Shown in pieces: positions 39,486 to 50,828 of a DNA stretch of 64,000 nucleotides. This DNA comes from Malacoraja senta (lineage: Eukaryota). The position numbers and the translations under genes are program-made. Each line of letters begins with the position of its first letter. Position 1 is the first letter of the stretch. The stretch lies in assembly GCA_038087875.1 (NCBI GenBank), contig CM075996.1, positions 6,140,001-6,204,000 of the forward strand, read 5' to 3'. Below the pieces are notes generated by a model. That model was not told the DNA's origin. It was given only the letters and a program-made list of their open reading frames with translations, and made no database searches.

Positions 39486-39856
39486 ACAATCACTGTCCCC
39501 GACCTCCACACCCATGTGCACAGGGTGAATGTGCAGGAAGGAACTGCAGATGCTGGTTCACACCGAAGATAGACACAAAATGCTGGAGTAACTCAGCGGG
39601 ACTGGCAGCATCTCTGGAGAGAAGGAAAGGGTGACGTTTCGAGACCCATCTTCGGGGTGCATGTCTGGTGAAACTGCCCTGTGTTGGAGGCAGAAGAGAC
39701 CAGTCCTCACAGTGGTCCTCGATCTCACTGGGAGGTGGTTTGGGATCAAGCCCAGTCACACAGTGCTCTGTGGAACACACTGAATGAAACCGCTTTCAGG
39801 AGACGGTGTAATGGCGAACCCATTGAGCAAACACAAAATGCCGGAGCTCAGTGCTC

Positions 39857-40145
39857 GGCACGGTGGCGCAGCGGTAGAGTTGCTGCCTCACAGCGCCAGA
39901 GACCCGGGTTCGATCCTGACTACGGGTGCTGTCTGTACCGAGTTTGTACGTTCTCCCTGTGACCGCGTGGCTTTTCTCCGGGTGTTCCGGTTTCTTCCCA
40001 CATCCCAAATACGTGCAGGTTTATATGTTAATTGGCTTTTCTCATTTGTCCCTCGTGTGTAGAATTGAGCTAGTGTGCGGGCATTGCTGGTAGCACGGAC
40101 TCAGGGAGCTGATGGGCCTGTTTCCATGCGCTATATCCCTAAACT
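39857..40145 (+). mobile_element. tRNA-derived SINE (HE1/V-SINE-like)
   Basis: GGCACGGTGGCGCAGCGGTAGAG head, B box, core, tail. Confidence 0.85.
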
Positions 40146-40529
40146 ATCTGCACAGGGCTGGAGTTACACATTGATAGGTAACGTTTTGGGTCGAAACCCT
40201 TCCTCAAATTGATGTCTGAAAAAGGGTCCCAACCCAAAACGTCATCTATCCATATTCTCCAGAGATGCTGCCTGACCCGCTGAGTTACTCCAGCACTTTG
40301 TGTCCTTTTGTGTATTAACCAGTATCTGCAGTTCCTTATTTCTACCTGAAATCCTGTACACATGGAAATTACGTATTCTGTCTCAATGAAGTCTTATGTT
40401 GTTGCACAGACTGTGAATGAGGGCGTTATTTAGATGTACTTGACAGGTCAGAGAAGGAGTCAGAGATCGCTTTAAATGCAGCTCCTACTTTCTCCAATAA
40501 GTGTATGCATGTCTATATATTTAGTCTCT

Positions 40530-40908
40530 TAGATGATCTTATAGGGGTGTATAAAATCACGAGGGGAATAAATCGGGTGGATGCACAGAGTCTCTTGCCC
40601 AGAGTAGGGGAATCAAGGACCAGAGAACATAGGTTAAAGGTGAAGGGGAACAGATTTCATAGGAATCTGAGGGGTAACTTTTTCACACAGAGGGTAGTGG
40701 GTGTATGGAACAAGTTGCCGGAGGAGGCAGTTGAGGCTGGGACTGTCCAAACGTTTAAAAAACAGTTAGACAGGTACATGGAGGCGTCATGTTTGGAGGG
40801 ATATGGATCAAATGCGGGCAGGTGGGACTAGTGTGGCTGGGACATGTTGGCCGGTGTGAGCAAGTTGGGCCGAAGGGCCTGTTTCCACGGTGTGTCACTC
40901 TATGACTC
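40530..40908 (+). mobile_element. CR1 LINE 3' fragment whose tail resembles the SINE tail
   Basis: DLIGVYKITRG...FFTQRVVGVWN peptide; ends GGGCCGAAGGGCCTGTTTCC, as the SINEs do. Confidence 0.8.
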
Positions 40909-40949
40909 TTGCTCCACACTCGGGCTGACAGCTTTGACGTTCCTCACAG

Positions 40950-41088
40950 GGAGAGCTGAGCTACGAGGAGAGGAGATATGAGCCGGGTAATTACGCCAGC
41001 GTGACCATCAGTGGAAAGCCATTCGACGAGGGATCGGGTGAAGGAGCCCAAAAACTGCTCAAGTATCTCGGAGGAAGCAACGAGGAAG
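40950..41088 (+). CDS. HEBP1: HEBP1-like exon 2: [46 protein letters not shown]
   Basis: tcctcacag acceptor, AAG|GTACCG donor, 139 nt; SOUL motifs YEER and KYxGGxN. Confidence 0.92.
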
Positions 41089-41287
41089 GTACCGTCAGCT
41101 TAAAGAGCGAGGGGGGGGGGGGGTGGGGGGGGGCCTTTGTCCCTTTGTGAATCACTGAATTCTCCATCTCCCCCGTGACCAAAACCAGAGACCAGCAGCT
41201 TGCAATGCCTCGAGTGCTGCAAAATATCTCAAGCAGTTTCCCGAGAGTGTTGAGAATCGGAAATTACTCAACAGTTATTTTTGGGAC

Positions 41288-41605
41288 GGCACGGTGGCGC
41301 AATAGTAGAGTTGCTGCCTTACAGCGCCAGAGACCCGGGTTCAATCCTGACTACGGCTGCTGTCTGTCTGATTGGAGTTTGTATGTTCTCCCTGTGACCG
41401 CGTGGGTTTCCTCCGGGTGCTCTGGTTTCCTCCCACACTCCAAAGACGTACAGGTTTGTTAAATTGGCTTTGGTAAAAATTGCAAATCGTCCCTAGTGTG
41501 TGTAGGATAGTGTTAGTGTGCGGGGGGGGAACGCTGGTCGGCACGGACTCTGGTTCAAAGGGCCTATTTCCGCGCTGTATCTCGAAACTAAATTGAACAA
41601 AACAA
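41288..41605 (+). mobile_element. tRNA-derived SINE (HE1/V-SINE-like)
   Basis: A/B boxes, core, tail. Confidence 0.85.
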
Positions 41606-42011
41606 AACATATCTCAAAAAAATCATGATAAAAATCATCAAAATATCAAGAAGAATTATTTCGGGAAAAAATAATCGGAAGATCTGTGGAAGAACAGATC
41701 TAAGGAGCGCCAAAGGGAGTGAGGTACAGGAAGGGAACATTAGAGTTTTGGACAGACACAAAGTGCTGGAGTAACTCAGCAGGTCAGGCAGCATCTCTGG
41801 AGAACATGGATCGGTGACATTTTGAGTCGGGACTCTTTAGTCTGAGTTACTCCAGCACTTTGTGTCTATCTTTGGTATAAACCAGCATCTGCAGTTCCTT
41901 TATATTACATTATATCAGAGTTTCGCACCTCATTAGCTGGAGGCACTGTGACTGGTGGTGAAACAAAGGCAGGGGACTGGGTAACAGGGGGCAGAGTGGG
42001 AGGAACTCATT

Positions 42012-42630
42012 GATAGACAATAGACAATGTAACAATAGGGTGCAGGAGTAGGCCATTCGGCCCTTCGAGCCAGCACCGCCATTCAATGTGATCATGGCTG
42101 ATCATCCCCAATCAGTACCCCGTTCCTGCCTTCTCCCCATATCCCCAGACTCCGCTATTTTTAAGAGCCCTATCTAGCTCTCTCTTGAAAGTATCCAGAG
42201 AACCAGCCTCCACCGCCCGCTGAGGCAGAGAATTCCACAGAATCACAACTCTCTGTGAGAAAAAGTGTTTCCTCGTCTCCGTTCTAAATGGCTTACCCCT
42301 TATTCTTAAATTGTGGCCCCTGGTTCTGGACTCCCCCAACATCAGAAACATGTTTCCTGCCTCTAGCGTGTCCAAACCCTTAACAATCTTATATGTTTCA
42401 ATAAGATCCCCTCTCATCATTCTAAACTCCAGAGTGTACAAGCCCAGCCGCTCCATTCTCTCAGCATATGACAGTCCCGCCATCCCGGGTAATAACCTTG
42501 TGAACCTACGCTGCACTCCCTCAATAGCAAGAATGTCCTTCCTCAAATTAGGGGACCAAAACTGCACACAATACTCCAGGTGTGGTCTCACTAGGGCTTT
42601 GTACAACTGCAGAAGGACCTCTTTGCTCCT
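42012..42630 (-). mobile_element. CR1 LINE 3' fragment, young
   Basis: Open 176-aa ORF2 C-terminus (42112-42642), 3'UTR and (CTATTGT)n tail. Confidence 0.92.
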
Positions 42631-44153
42631 GAGATGTAGCACTCCAACAGATCAGCGGCTCGGAAGGGAATTGCTCCGTGGACACCTATCAAGAACTGCT
42701 AGACTGTTTAAGTTTACTGTTTGGAATGTTGAACAACGAGGGGAGACCTTATTCAATCTTGTAAGGTCCGAAAGAGGGTGAAGAATTTAGATGTTGGGAT
42801 GTTTCCACTCATCGTGAACAGGAGGACATGGTAACTAAATAAGGGGCCTGTCATTTAAAACGGAGGTGCACAGAGATCTGTATGACAGTAGGAAGGAACT
42901 GCAGATGCTGGTTTACACCGAAGATAGACACAAAACGCTGGTGTAACTCAGCGGGGCAGGCAGCATCTCTGGAGAGAAGGGGTGGGTGACATTTCGGGTC
43001 GAGACCCCTTCTTACATTCTGACGAAGGGTCTCAACGCGTAACGTCACCCGTTCCTTCTATCCAGAGATGCTGCCCTGTCCCGCTGAGTTACTCCAGCGT
43101 TTTGTGCCAAGAGATCTCTTCTCTCAGAGAGTGGTGAATCTCGAGAATTCTCTGCCCCAGATGATGGTGAAGACTGGGTTACTGACCATATTTAAGGGGG
43201 AGATAGATAAATATTTGTACGGTTGAGCCGGCTAGGACTGCACAGTCCGAATGCACTCAATCATTTGAAAAACTGCGGAAAATATTAAATGATTGAATTC
43301 CAGAGCGCCCAATGCATTTTGCAGATTACAGAGCTGGGACTCTAGAATCGTGTTCAGTTCTGGGCACCGTGTTCTAGGAAAGATGGTGTCAAGCTGGAAA
43401 GGGTACAGAAAAGATTTGCGAGGATGTTGCCAGGACTAGAGGGTGTGAGCTACAGGGAGAGGTTTAGTAGGCTGGGACTCTATTCCCTGGAGAGCAGGAG
43501 GATGACAGATGATCTGTTAGAGGTGTACAAAATCATGAGAGGAATAGATCGGGTAAACACACAGAGTCTCTTGCCCAGAGTTAGGGGAATTGAGAACCAG
43601 AGGGCATAGGTTTAAGGTGAAGGGGAAAAAAATTTACAGGAATCTGGGGGATAACTTTTTCCCACAAACCAACCTCCCTTCCATTGACTCCATTTATACC
43701 TCACGCTGCCTCAGCAAGGCCAGCAGCATAATCAAGGACGAGTCACACCCCGGCCACTCCCTCTTCTCCCCTCTCCCATCAGGCAAAAGGTATAGAAATG
43801 TAAATACGCACACCTCCAAATTCAGGGACAGTTTCTTCCCAGCTGTTAACAGGCAACTGAACCATCCCACCACAACCAGAGAGCAGTCCTGACCGAATAT
43901 CTACCTCGGACTATCCTTGATCGGACTTTGCTGGCTTTACCTTGCACTAAACGTAATTCCCTTATCATGTATCCCTACACTGTAAATGGCTCGATTGTAA
44001 TCATGTATTGTCTTTCCGTGCTATTGGCTGAATAGCACGCAACTTTTCACTGTACCTCGGTACACGTGACAATAAACTAAACTGAACCATGGTGTTGGGG
44101 CTGGGCTGGGGTTGGTCTGAGGGTGGCGACTCACACTGACCGCTCTCTCGCAG

Positions 44154-44334
44154 GCCTGCAGCTGGGGATGACGGCTCCGGTCAGCATGAGCGTCCGGCCC
44201 AGCGAGGAGGGTGGCCTGCAGCCCACCGTCGAGGTGCAGGTCCGCATTCCCGCCCAATTCCAGGAGAACGTCCCCAAGCCAACGGACGAGAGCATCGAGA
44301 TCAGACGTGTGGAGGGGTTCACGGTCTACTCCAC
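44154..44334 (+). CDS. HEBP1: HEBP1-like exon 3: GLQLGMTAPVSMSVRPSEEGGLQPTVEVQVRIPAQFQENVPKPTDESIEIRRVEGFTVYST
   Basis: ctctcgcag acceptor, GTGAGT donor, 181 nt; MTAPV and RIPxQFQ SOUL motifs. Confidence 0.93.
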
Positions 44335-44883
44335 GTGAGTCCGGGGAGGGTGGGCGAGGGCGGTCATCGATGGCCGGGAGCGGGTCTGACCGTGATGGTC
44401 AATGGTGCTTTATCTGTCACTTATGCGACTGCGCAGTGAAAATTCTTTGTGCATTTATTACACATGCCGGCGCCAACATTTTTGGCGCCATTATTCAAAG
44501 TCCAACGTCTAGTCGGCCCGCGCGCTTGACGTACTGGAACTGTTCCTGCCAACTGACGTCCCTCTCCTCGCCCGCCTCGGCCGGCCATCTTTGTGTCCTG
44601 GGGCGCCCCCTACAGCCGACTGTGAAGGATGCATCTATTACACATGCGGTTCACCCTCCTACCGGCCCTTGTTCCTCGCGCCCAAACTCTCCAGCTCCCT
44701 CCCGGTTTTGCCGTCTGCCGAGCCTTTGGGCAGCTGGGCTGACTGGCGTTGCGATTGCTGGAGGTTTCTCGGCCCAGGGGACCTCCAGTCGGACTGGTCT
44801 TGGGATGAGGTTGGAGTTCAGCCACTGGACCTCACACCACCTGAGCCACCAGGATGTCTGTCCATCAGGTAGGAATAAGACTG

Positions 44884-45497
44884 CACGGTCGGTGGCGCAG
44901 CGGTAGAGTTGCTGCCTCGCATCACAAGAGACCCAGGTTCGATCCTGACTACAGGTGCTTGCATACTTGTGTGTTGTTTGCAAAACAAAGAATTTTGCTG
45001 TACCAAGTACAATTGACAAAGTATCAATCACTCTGTATGGAGTTTGTACGTTCTATCTGTAACCGTGTGAGTTTTCTCCGGGTGCTCCGGTTTCCTCCCA
45101 CAACCCAAAGACATACAGGTTTGTAGATTGTTTAAGAAGGAACTGCAGATGCTGGAAAAATCGAAGGTAGACAAAAGTGCTGGAGAAACTCAGCGGGTGC
45201 GGCAGCATCTATGGAGCGAAGGAAATAGTCAACGTTTCGGGCCAAAACCCTTCTTCTTTCGTCTGAAGAAGGGTTTCGGCCCGAAACGTTGCCTATTTCC
45301 TTCGCTCCATAGATGCTGCTGCACCCGCTGAGTTTCTCCAGCACTTTTGTCTACCTCAGGTTTGTAGATTACTCGGCCTCTGTTAAATTGTAAATTGTCC
45401 CTATTGTGTAGGATAGTGCTAGTGTATGGGGTGAGCGTTGGTCGGCATGGAGTCGGTGGGCCGAAGGGCCTGTTTCCACGCTGTAGCTCTAAAGTCT
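44884..45497 (+). mobile_element. SINE interrupted by a palindromic Penelope-derived insert (45130-45356, 14-bp TSD)
   Basis: CAGGTTTGTAGATT at 45116-45129 and 45357-45370 flank an inverted repeat. Confidence 0.85.
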
Positions 45498-46122
45498 AAA
45501 GATTTCCCCTGGATGTCAGGCGGGAGTTGGCAGACTCTTCAACCAAATCACCTGAGCTGTCGACACAAGGAATTGCAAGAGCTGGAATATTGCATAGAAC
45601 ACAAAGTGCTGGAGTAACTGAGAGGGACAAGCAGCATCTGTGGGGAACAGGGATAGGTGACGTTTCGGGTCGAGAGCTTTCTTCAGACTGCTCCCAGAGA
45701 AGGGACCTAAACCGATCCGAAACATCATCTGTCCATGTCCTCCAGAAATGCTGCCTGACCCACTGAGTTACTCCAGCACTTCTGTGTTTTGCTCTGTGCC
45801 CAGAGGACACTTGGATTAGTGCTTGTTTGGGAGATGACAGATGCAATTAGTTTCATGGAATCATACAGCATGGAAACAGGCCCTTCGGCCCAACTCGTCC
45901 ATGCCAACCAAGATGTCCCATCTAGGCCAGTCCCATTTGCCCGCATTTGGCACATGTCTTTCTAAACCCTTCCGATCTGTTTACATGTCCAAAGGCTTTT
46001 ACAACATTTAGAAAACACCTGGACAGGTACGCCGAATGGCAGGGTTTAGAAAGATACGGGCAGGTGCTTTTTAAATGTTGTAAAAGCCACTGGACAGGTA
46101 CATGTACAGGAAAGGTGTAGAA

Positions 46123-46578
46123 GAATGTGGGCCAAAGGTCACGGTGGGTAGGGGGATGTGGGCCAAAGGTCACGGTTGGTGGAAGGATGTCGGCCAAAGG
46201 TCATGGTTGGTGGAGGGATGTGGGCCAAAGGTCACGGTGGTTAGAGGGATGTGGGCCAAAAATCACGGTGGGTAGAGGGATGTCGGCCAAAGGTCACGGT
46301 TGGTGGAGGGATGTGGGCCAAAGGTCACGGTTGGTGGAGGGATGTGGGCCAAAAATCATGGTGGGTAGAGGGATGTGGGCCAAAGGTCACGGTTTGTGGA
46401 GGGATGTGGGCCAAAGGTCACGGTGGGTAGAGGGATGTGGGCCAAAGGTCACGATGGATAGAGGGAGGGCCAAAAGTCACGGTGGGTAAAGGGATGTGGG
46501 CCAAAGGTCACGGTTTGTGGAGGGATGTGGGCCAAAGGTCACGATGGATAGAGGGAGGGCCAAAGGTCACGGTGGGTG
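46123..46578. repeat. G-rich minisatellite, ~30-bp unit (GGGATGTGGGCCAAAGGTCACGGTxGGTGGA), about 15 copies
   Basis: Directly visible tandem array just upstream of HEBP1 exon 4. Confidence 0.93.
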
Positions 46579-46637
46579 ATGGATCAGCTCCTCTGAGGGG
46601 CTGGTGCTTTACTCATTTCCTGTTGTCGTAACTGCAG

Positions 46638-46845
46638 GCAGTTTGGGGGCTACGCCAAGGAGGCGCATTACGTGGAGCACGCGGGAAAGCTGCGGGAGGC
46701 GCTGGGAGAGACGGAGCGCTACCACCGTGATGTTTACCTGTGCGCCGGCTACGACCCCCCCATGAGGCCCATCGGCCGCAGGAACGAAGTGTGGTTCCTG
46801 AAGCAGGAGGATGGGGCATCGGGCGCAAGGCCCGGCTCGCAGTGA
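46638..46845 (+). CDS. HEBP1: HEBP1-like exon 4: [68 protein letters not shown]; 201 aa in total
   Basis: actgcag acceptor; QFGGYAKE and GYDPPM...RRNEVW hallmark motifs; 78+139+181+208=606 nt with no internal stop. Confidence 0.93.
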
Positions 46846-47276
46846 ACGCCGCTCCTGTGCCAACAAACGTCCCCGCGGCACGGCACGGCACCTCCTCCAG
46901 CGCCGAAACCATCTCCAGAATCTCTCATCTGTCCGCAACTCAAGAGTCGTAGAGTCATTGTCATACAGTCGTGGGGCACGCAAACAGGCCCTTCAGCCCA
47001 ACTTGCCCAACATGTCCCATCTACACTAGTCCCACATGCCCACATTTGGCCCATATCCCTCTGAACCTATCCTATCCACGTACCTGTCCAAATGTTGTTT
47101 TAAACGTTGTCACAGTACCTGCCTCAACTACCTGCTCCAGCAGCTCGTTCCATCCACCCACCACGCTCTGAGTGGAAAAAGTTGCCCATCAGGTTTCTAT
47201 TAAATTTGTTCCTTCTCACCTTAAACCTATGTCCAATATGTCGTGGTCTAGTCGCCCTGGGGTTAAGACTCAATGC

Positions 47277-47924
47277 CAGCAGTTCTCAACCAGGGTTCCC
47301 CGGAACGCGAGGGTTCTGCGACAGGCCGCTAGGGGTTCTAATCATATGTAAATGTATTTTTGTCTTTAATTTCGTTTTTTTTTGTTGTTTTGTTTTGTTT
47401 ATTTTATTAGAAGTTAATACAATACAAACCAATACAGTGGCACCTAATTTTAGGTGCCAACTATGTCATAACGTAATGCATTCTATGTACAACCTCTAGT
47501 TTTATGTTTTTGAAAAGGAGGTAAAAAAATTTAAAAAAGAAAGAAAAAAAAATAGAGAAAAGAAAGAGGAAAAATAAATAGTAGAAAATAGAAAAACGTG
47601 AAGTGTGTATATAAGAAAAGAAAAAAATAGAAAGCAGAAATAGTAGAAAAAGACCCTTAAAAAAGAAATTTTCAAATCTTTGTTTGGAGATGTAAATCTA
47701 TCTACGACCTGACCTGAAATCAGTAATCTTTACGCTACTGCTAATTTCGTATTTGTAAATTTATTATTACACGTGCGGCATATTCTTGGGAAACCCTTGA
47801 GTATGAAAATAAAGTATAATAATAATAAATAATAAAGAGATATAATACTTTTTATATAGGGGTTCCCTGAGACATGAAAATTATTTCAAGGGTTCCGCAA
47901 GGGTAAAAAGGTTGTGAAAGGCTG
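47277..47924. mobile_element. hAT-like non-autonomous element inside a CR1 piece, carrying a nested LINE tail (47376-47741)
   Basis: CAGCAGTTCTCAACC...GGTTGTGAAAGGCTG ends; 8-bp TSD CTCAATGC/CTCCATGC; inner insert flanked by TAATTTCGT and starting with a T-rich tail. Confidence 0.72.
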
Positions 47925-49203
47925 CTCCATGCATTCACTGTATTCCCCTCATGGTCTTACCCGCTGAGTTGTTCCAGCCCTTTTGTGTCCATTTTGACTG
48001 CAGTCGACCCGCATTTTTGCTCCCAATACTCTGTTGTGCTGAAGCAAAGCAAGAATGTCATTGTCCTATCTGGGACACATGACAATAAAACTCTCTTGAC
48101 TTGGCTTGGCTTGTGTTCTTCACGCAGTTTGTGACAGAGCATGTAGACCATACAGCAACAAATAATATTTTTAATGTGAACAAGTATAAAAGGGCACATG
48201 CTAATATTTCTGGATCGGGATGTGAGATTGACAAGACGTGAACAGACAGGGTTATCTCAGGAGTTATTCAGACAACTCACGAGGCAGTCAGTCAGAGTTA
48301 CACAGGAGCTGGAAATCAAATAATACCACGGATGCCGGAGATCTGAAAGTAAAAACAGAAAACGCCGGAAATGCTCAGCTGGTCGGGCAGCGCGTGAGGA
48401 GGGAGAAACAGTGACGCAGTTTCAGGTTGAAGACTCTTTGTTGGAACTTTGGCAGAACTCTTTGGGTGGGCTACCGAAGGTGTGTGGCGGGTTCTGTTCT
48501 TACGGTCTGGATGGATCCAAGTTAGACCAGGGGTGGTAAACCAGAGCAGACACAAGCACTGAGAAAATCACTGTCCATCCAACTGTACAGGAACAACAAG
48601 CTGCATCTATCTTTCCCTCTCAACCCCATTCTCCTGCCTTCTTCCCGTAACCCCTGACACCCGACTAATCAATCTCCACCTTAAAAATATCCATTGATGT
48701 GACCTCCACAGCCATCTGTGGCAATGAATTCCACAGATTCATCACCCTCTGTCTAAAGAAATTCCTCCTCATCTCCTTTATTTAGTTTAGTTTAGAGATA
48801 CAGCCCGGAAACAGGCCCTTCGGCCCACCGAGTCCGTGCCGACCAGCGATCCCCGCACATTGTAAGATAAACAGTGGTGGCCCAGCCTTTGATTTGGGGG
48901 CTGTAATTCCCTCCGTAATCCCTTTCCTTCCAGTTCTCTTCCCCCCTTTAAGATGCTCCTTAACTGACCCACTCTGGCTTGGTATCAGACACAGTTGAAT
49001 GATTCTCGTCTGAAGCACAGTATGTTACACTTGCTATCACAATTTTCCTCTTGTCAATAATACTACATCCATGCAGTTTCTCGTTATTCTTTCTGAATTA
49101 GTGTCAAGATTATAACAAATATTTAAAATTCCCACATTGGTTTGTTTTGCCATATATCGAATGACGCATTTCCCTGTGCCAGGATGGCAAGGGTCACTGC
49201 TCT

Positions 49204-49555
49204 TCATTGACCCCTGACCCCTTCGCTGACCCTTGAACCCTTCGCTGACCCTTGACCCCTTGACCTCTGCCCGTCGCTGACGTTGGGCTGCTTCCTTCCC
49301 GCTGGTCCCCGGTGGGCGGTGGTGGTGGAGGAGGATGGGGACCACGGTGAAGCCCGGTGGGAGCTGTGGTGAACCACCTGCCTCCGCGGCACCTTCTTCA
49401 TCACCACCCGGTTGATCTTCGCTGGCTTCCCGTACCCCACCTGGGCGAAGGCTCGCTCCAAGACCGCCAGGCTCTCCGCCAAGGCTCCCAGTCGCCTCTT
49501 CAGGGCCCGGGCCTCCCGAAACAGGTCGTCCAGAGCCTCGGAGAACGGCTGAATC
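49204..49555 (-). CDS. Probable terminal exon of an unidentified gene: IQPFSEALDDLFREARALKRRLGALAESLAVLERAFAQVGYGKPAKINRVVMKKVPRR... (116 aa)
   Basis: Strong pyrimidine tract and TCCAG acceptor; 351-nt open frame; GC3-rich codons like the neighbouring true exons; heptad-like pattern; not similar to local repeats. Upstream exons not found. Confidence 0.62.
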
Positions 49556-50828
49556 CTGGAGGGGGCAAGAGGGGGGGGGGGGGGGGTGGGGCAGGGATCA
49601 GAGGATGACAGGGATCAGAGGAAGGGATGTGTTTAAGAAGATGCTGGAAAATCGAAGGTAGACAAAAGTGCTGGAGAAACTCAGCGGGTGCAGCAGCATC
49701 TATGGAGCGAAGGCAATAGGCAACGTTCCGGGGCCGAAACCCGTCTTCAGACTCAAGAAGTATTTTCCTTCGCTCCATAGATGCTGCTGCACCCGCTGAG
49801 TTTCTCCAGCATTTTTGTCTACCATCAGAGGGAGGGAGACAAATCAGAGAGAGGGGACCGTGGGTCGGAGACAGGAGACAAGGTCACCGTCTGGAATGAT
49901 CAGCAAGATCCCAACTGGGAATGGGCAGTATAGCTCCCACTGGGAATCAAGGGCCCGACTGGGAATGGGAAGTAAGGTCCCCAGTCCCTTGAGAGTGGAA
50001 GCAATGACTAGGCAGAGGGAGCAAAACACAAAGTGCTGGATCAACTCTGCAGTTCAGGCATCATGTGTGGAGGTAAATGGACGAACGATGTTTGCAGTGA
50101 CAAAGGGTCTGCCATTATTTGGTGTACTGCGTTGGGTTTTGGTCACACACACACACTGCTGTAGGGAGGATGTTGTTAACGGCCCGGAAGATGAACAAGG
50201 ACATTTCCTTATCTCCTCTCTACTCCTCTTCCAGTTGCTCTAGTTCCATGCTGCATAGTTGGTGATCCCTCCTCCCTCCCTCCCTCCTCCCCCCAACCTC
50301 CATAAGGCAATACAGACTCTCTCTACCTACATTACAATGCAGGCCCCTTAATTCAATCTCCGTCCAGTCTTATCTGTTCCAAGGAAAATAACCCCAGTCT
50401 TCCTGCAAAACTAAAACTTGGCAACATCCTTGGCAATCTCTCAGGCTGGGATGTCTGCCCTTGAACCTGTGCCAGATTAAACCTGCCCCAAACGAAAGAT
50501 GTAGGAAGAAACTGCAGATACTGGTTTGCACCGAAGATAGACACAAAATGCTGGAGTAATTCAGCAGGTCAGGCAGCATCTCTGAAGAGAAGGAATAGGT
50601 GATGTTTCGGGCCTGAGGAAGGGTACCACCCAAAACATCACCCATTCCTTTTCTCCAGAGATGCTACCTGACCCGCTGAGTTACTCCAGCTTTTTGTGTC
50701 TATCTTCTGGTCCAAGCTAATCCTCCCCCAAGCAGGACAGATGGACTTGTATAAATTGTAGTAGTTGGTTCAAGGCAAAAGGTAGTGTGTTACAGATTTA
50801 TTATTTTTAAGATAGTCACAATGATATA

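Noticed and set aside
39857..39930. SINE heads as tRNA genes
   Set aside because: A/B boxes are present but there is no full cloverleaf, and they continue into SINE core and tail.
44211..44906. 231-aa ORF
   Set aside because: Out-of-frame overlap with HEBP1 exon 3 plus GC-rich intron; no recognisable domain.
46127..46631. Repetitive Gly/Trp ORFs
   Set aside because: Minisatellite translation inside HEBP1 intron 3.
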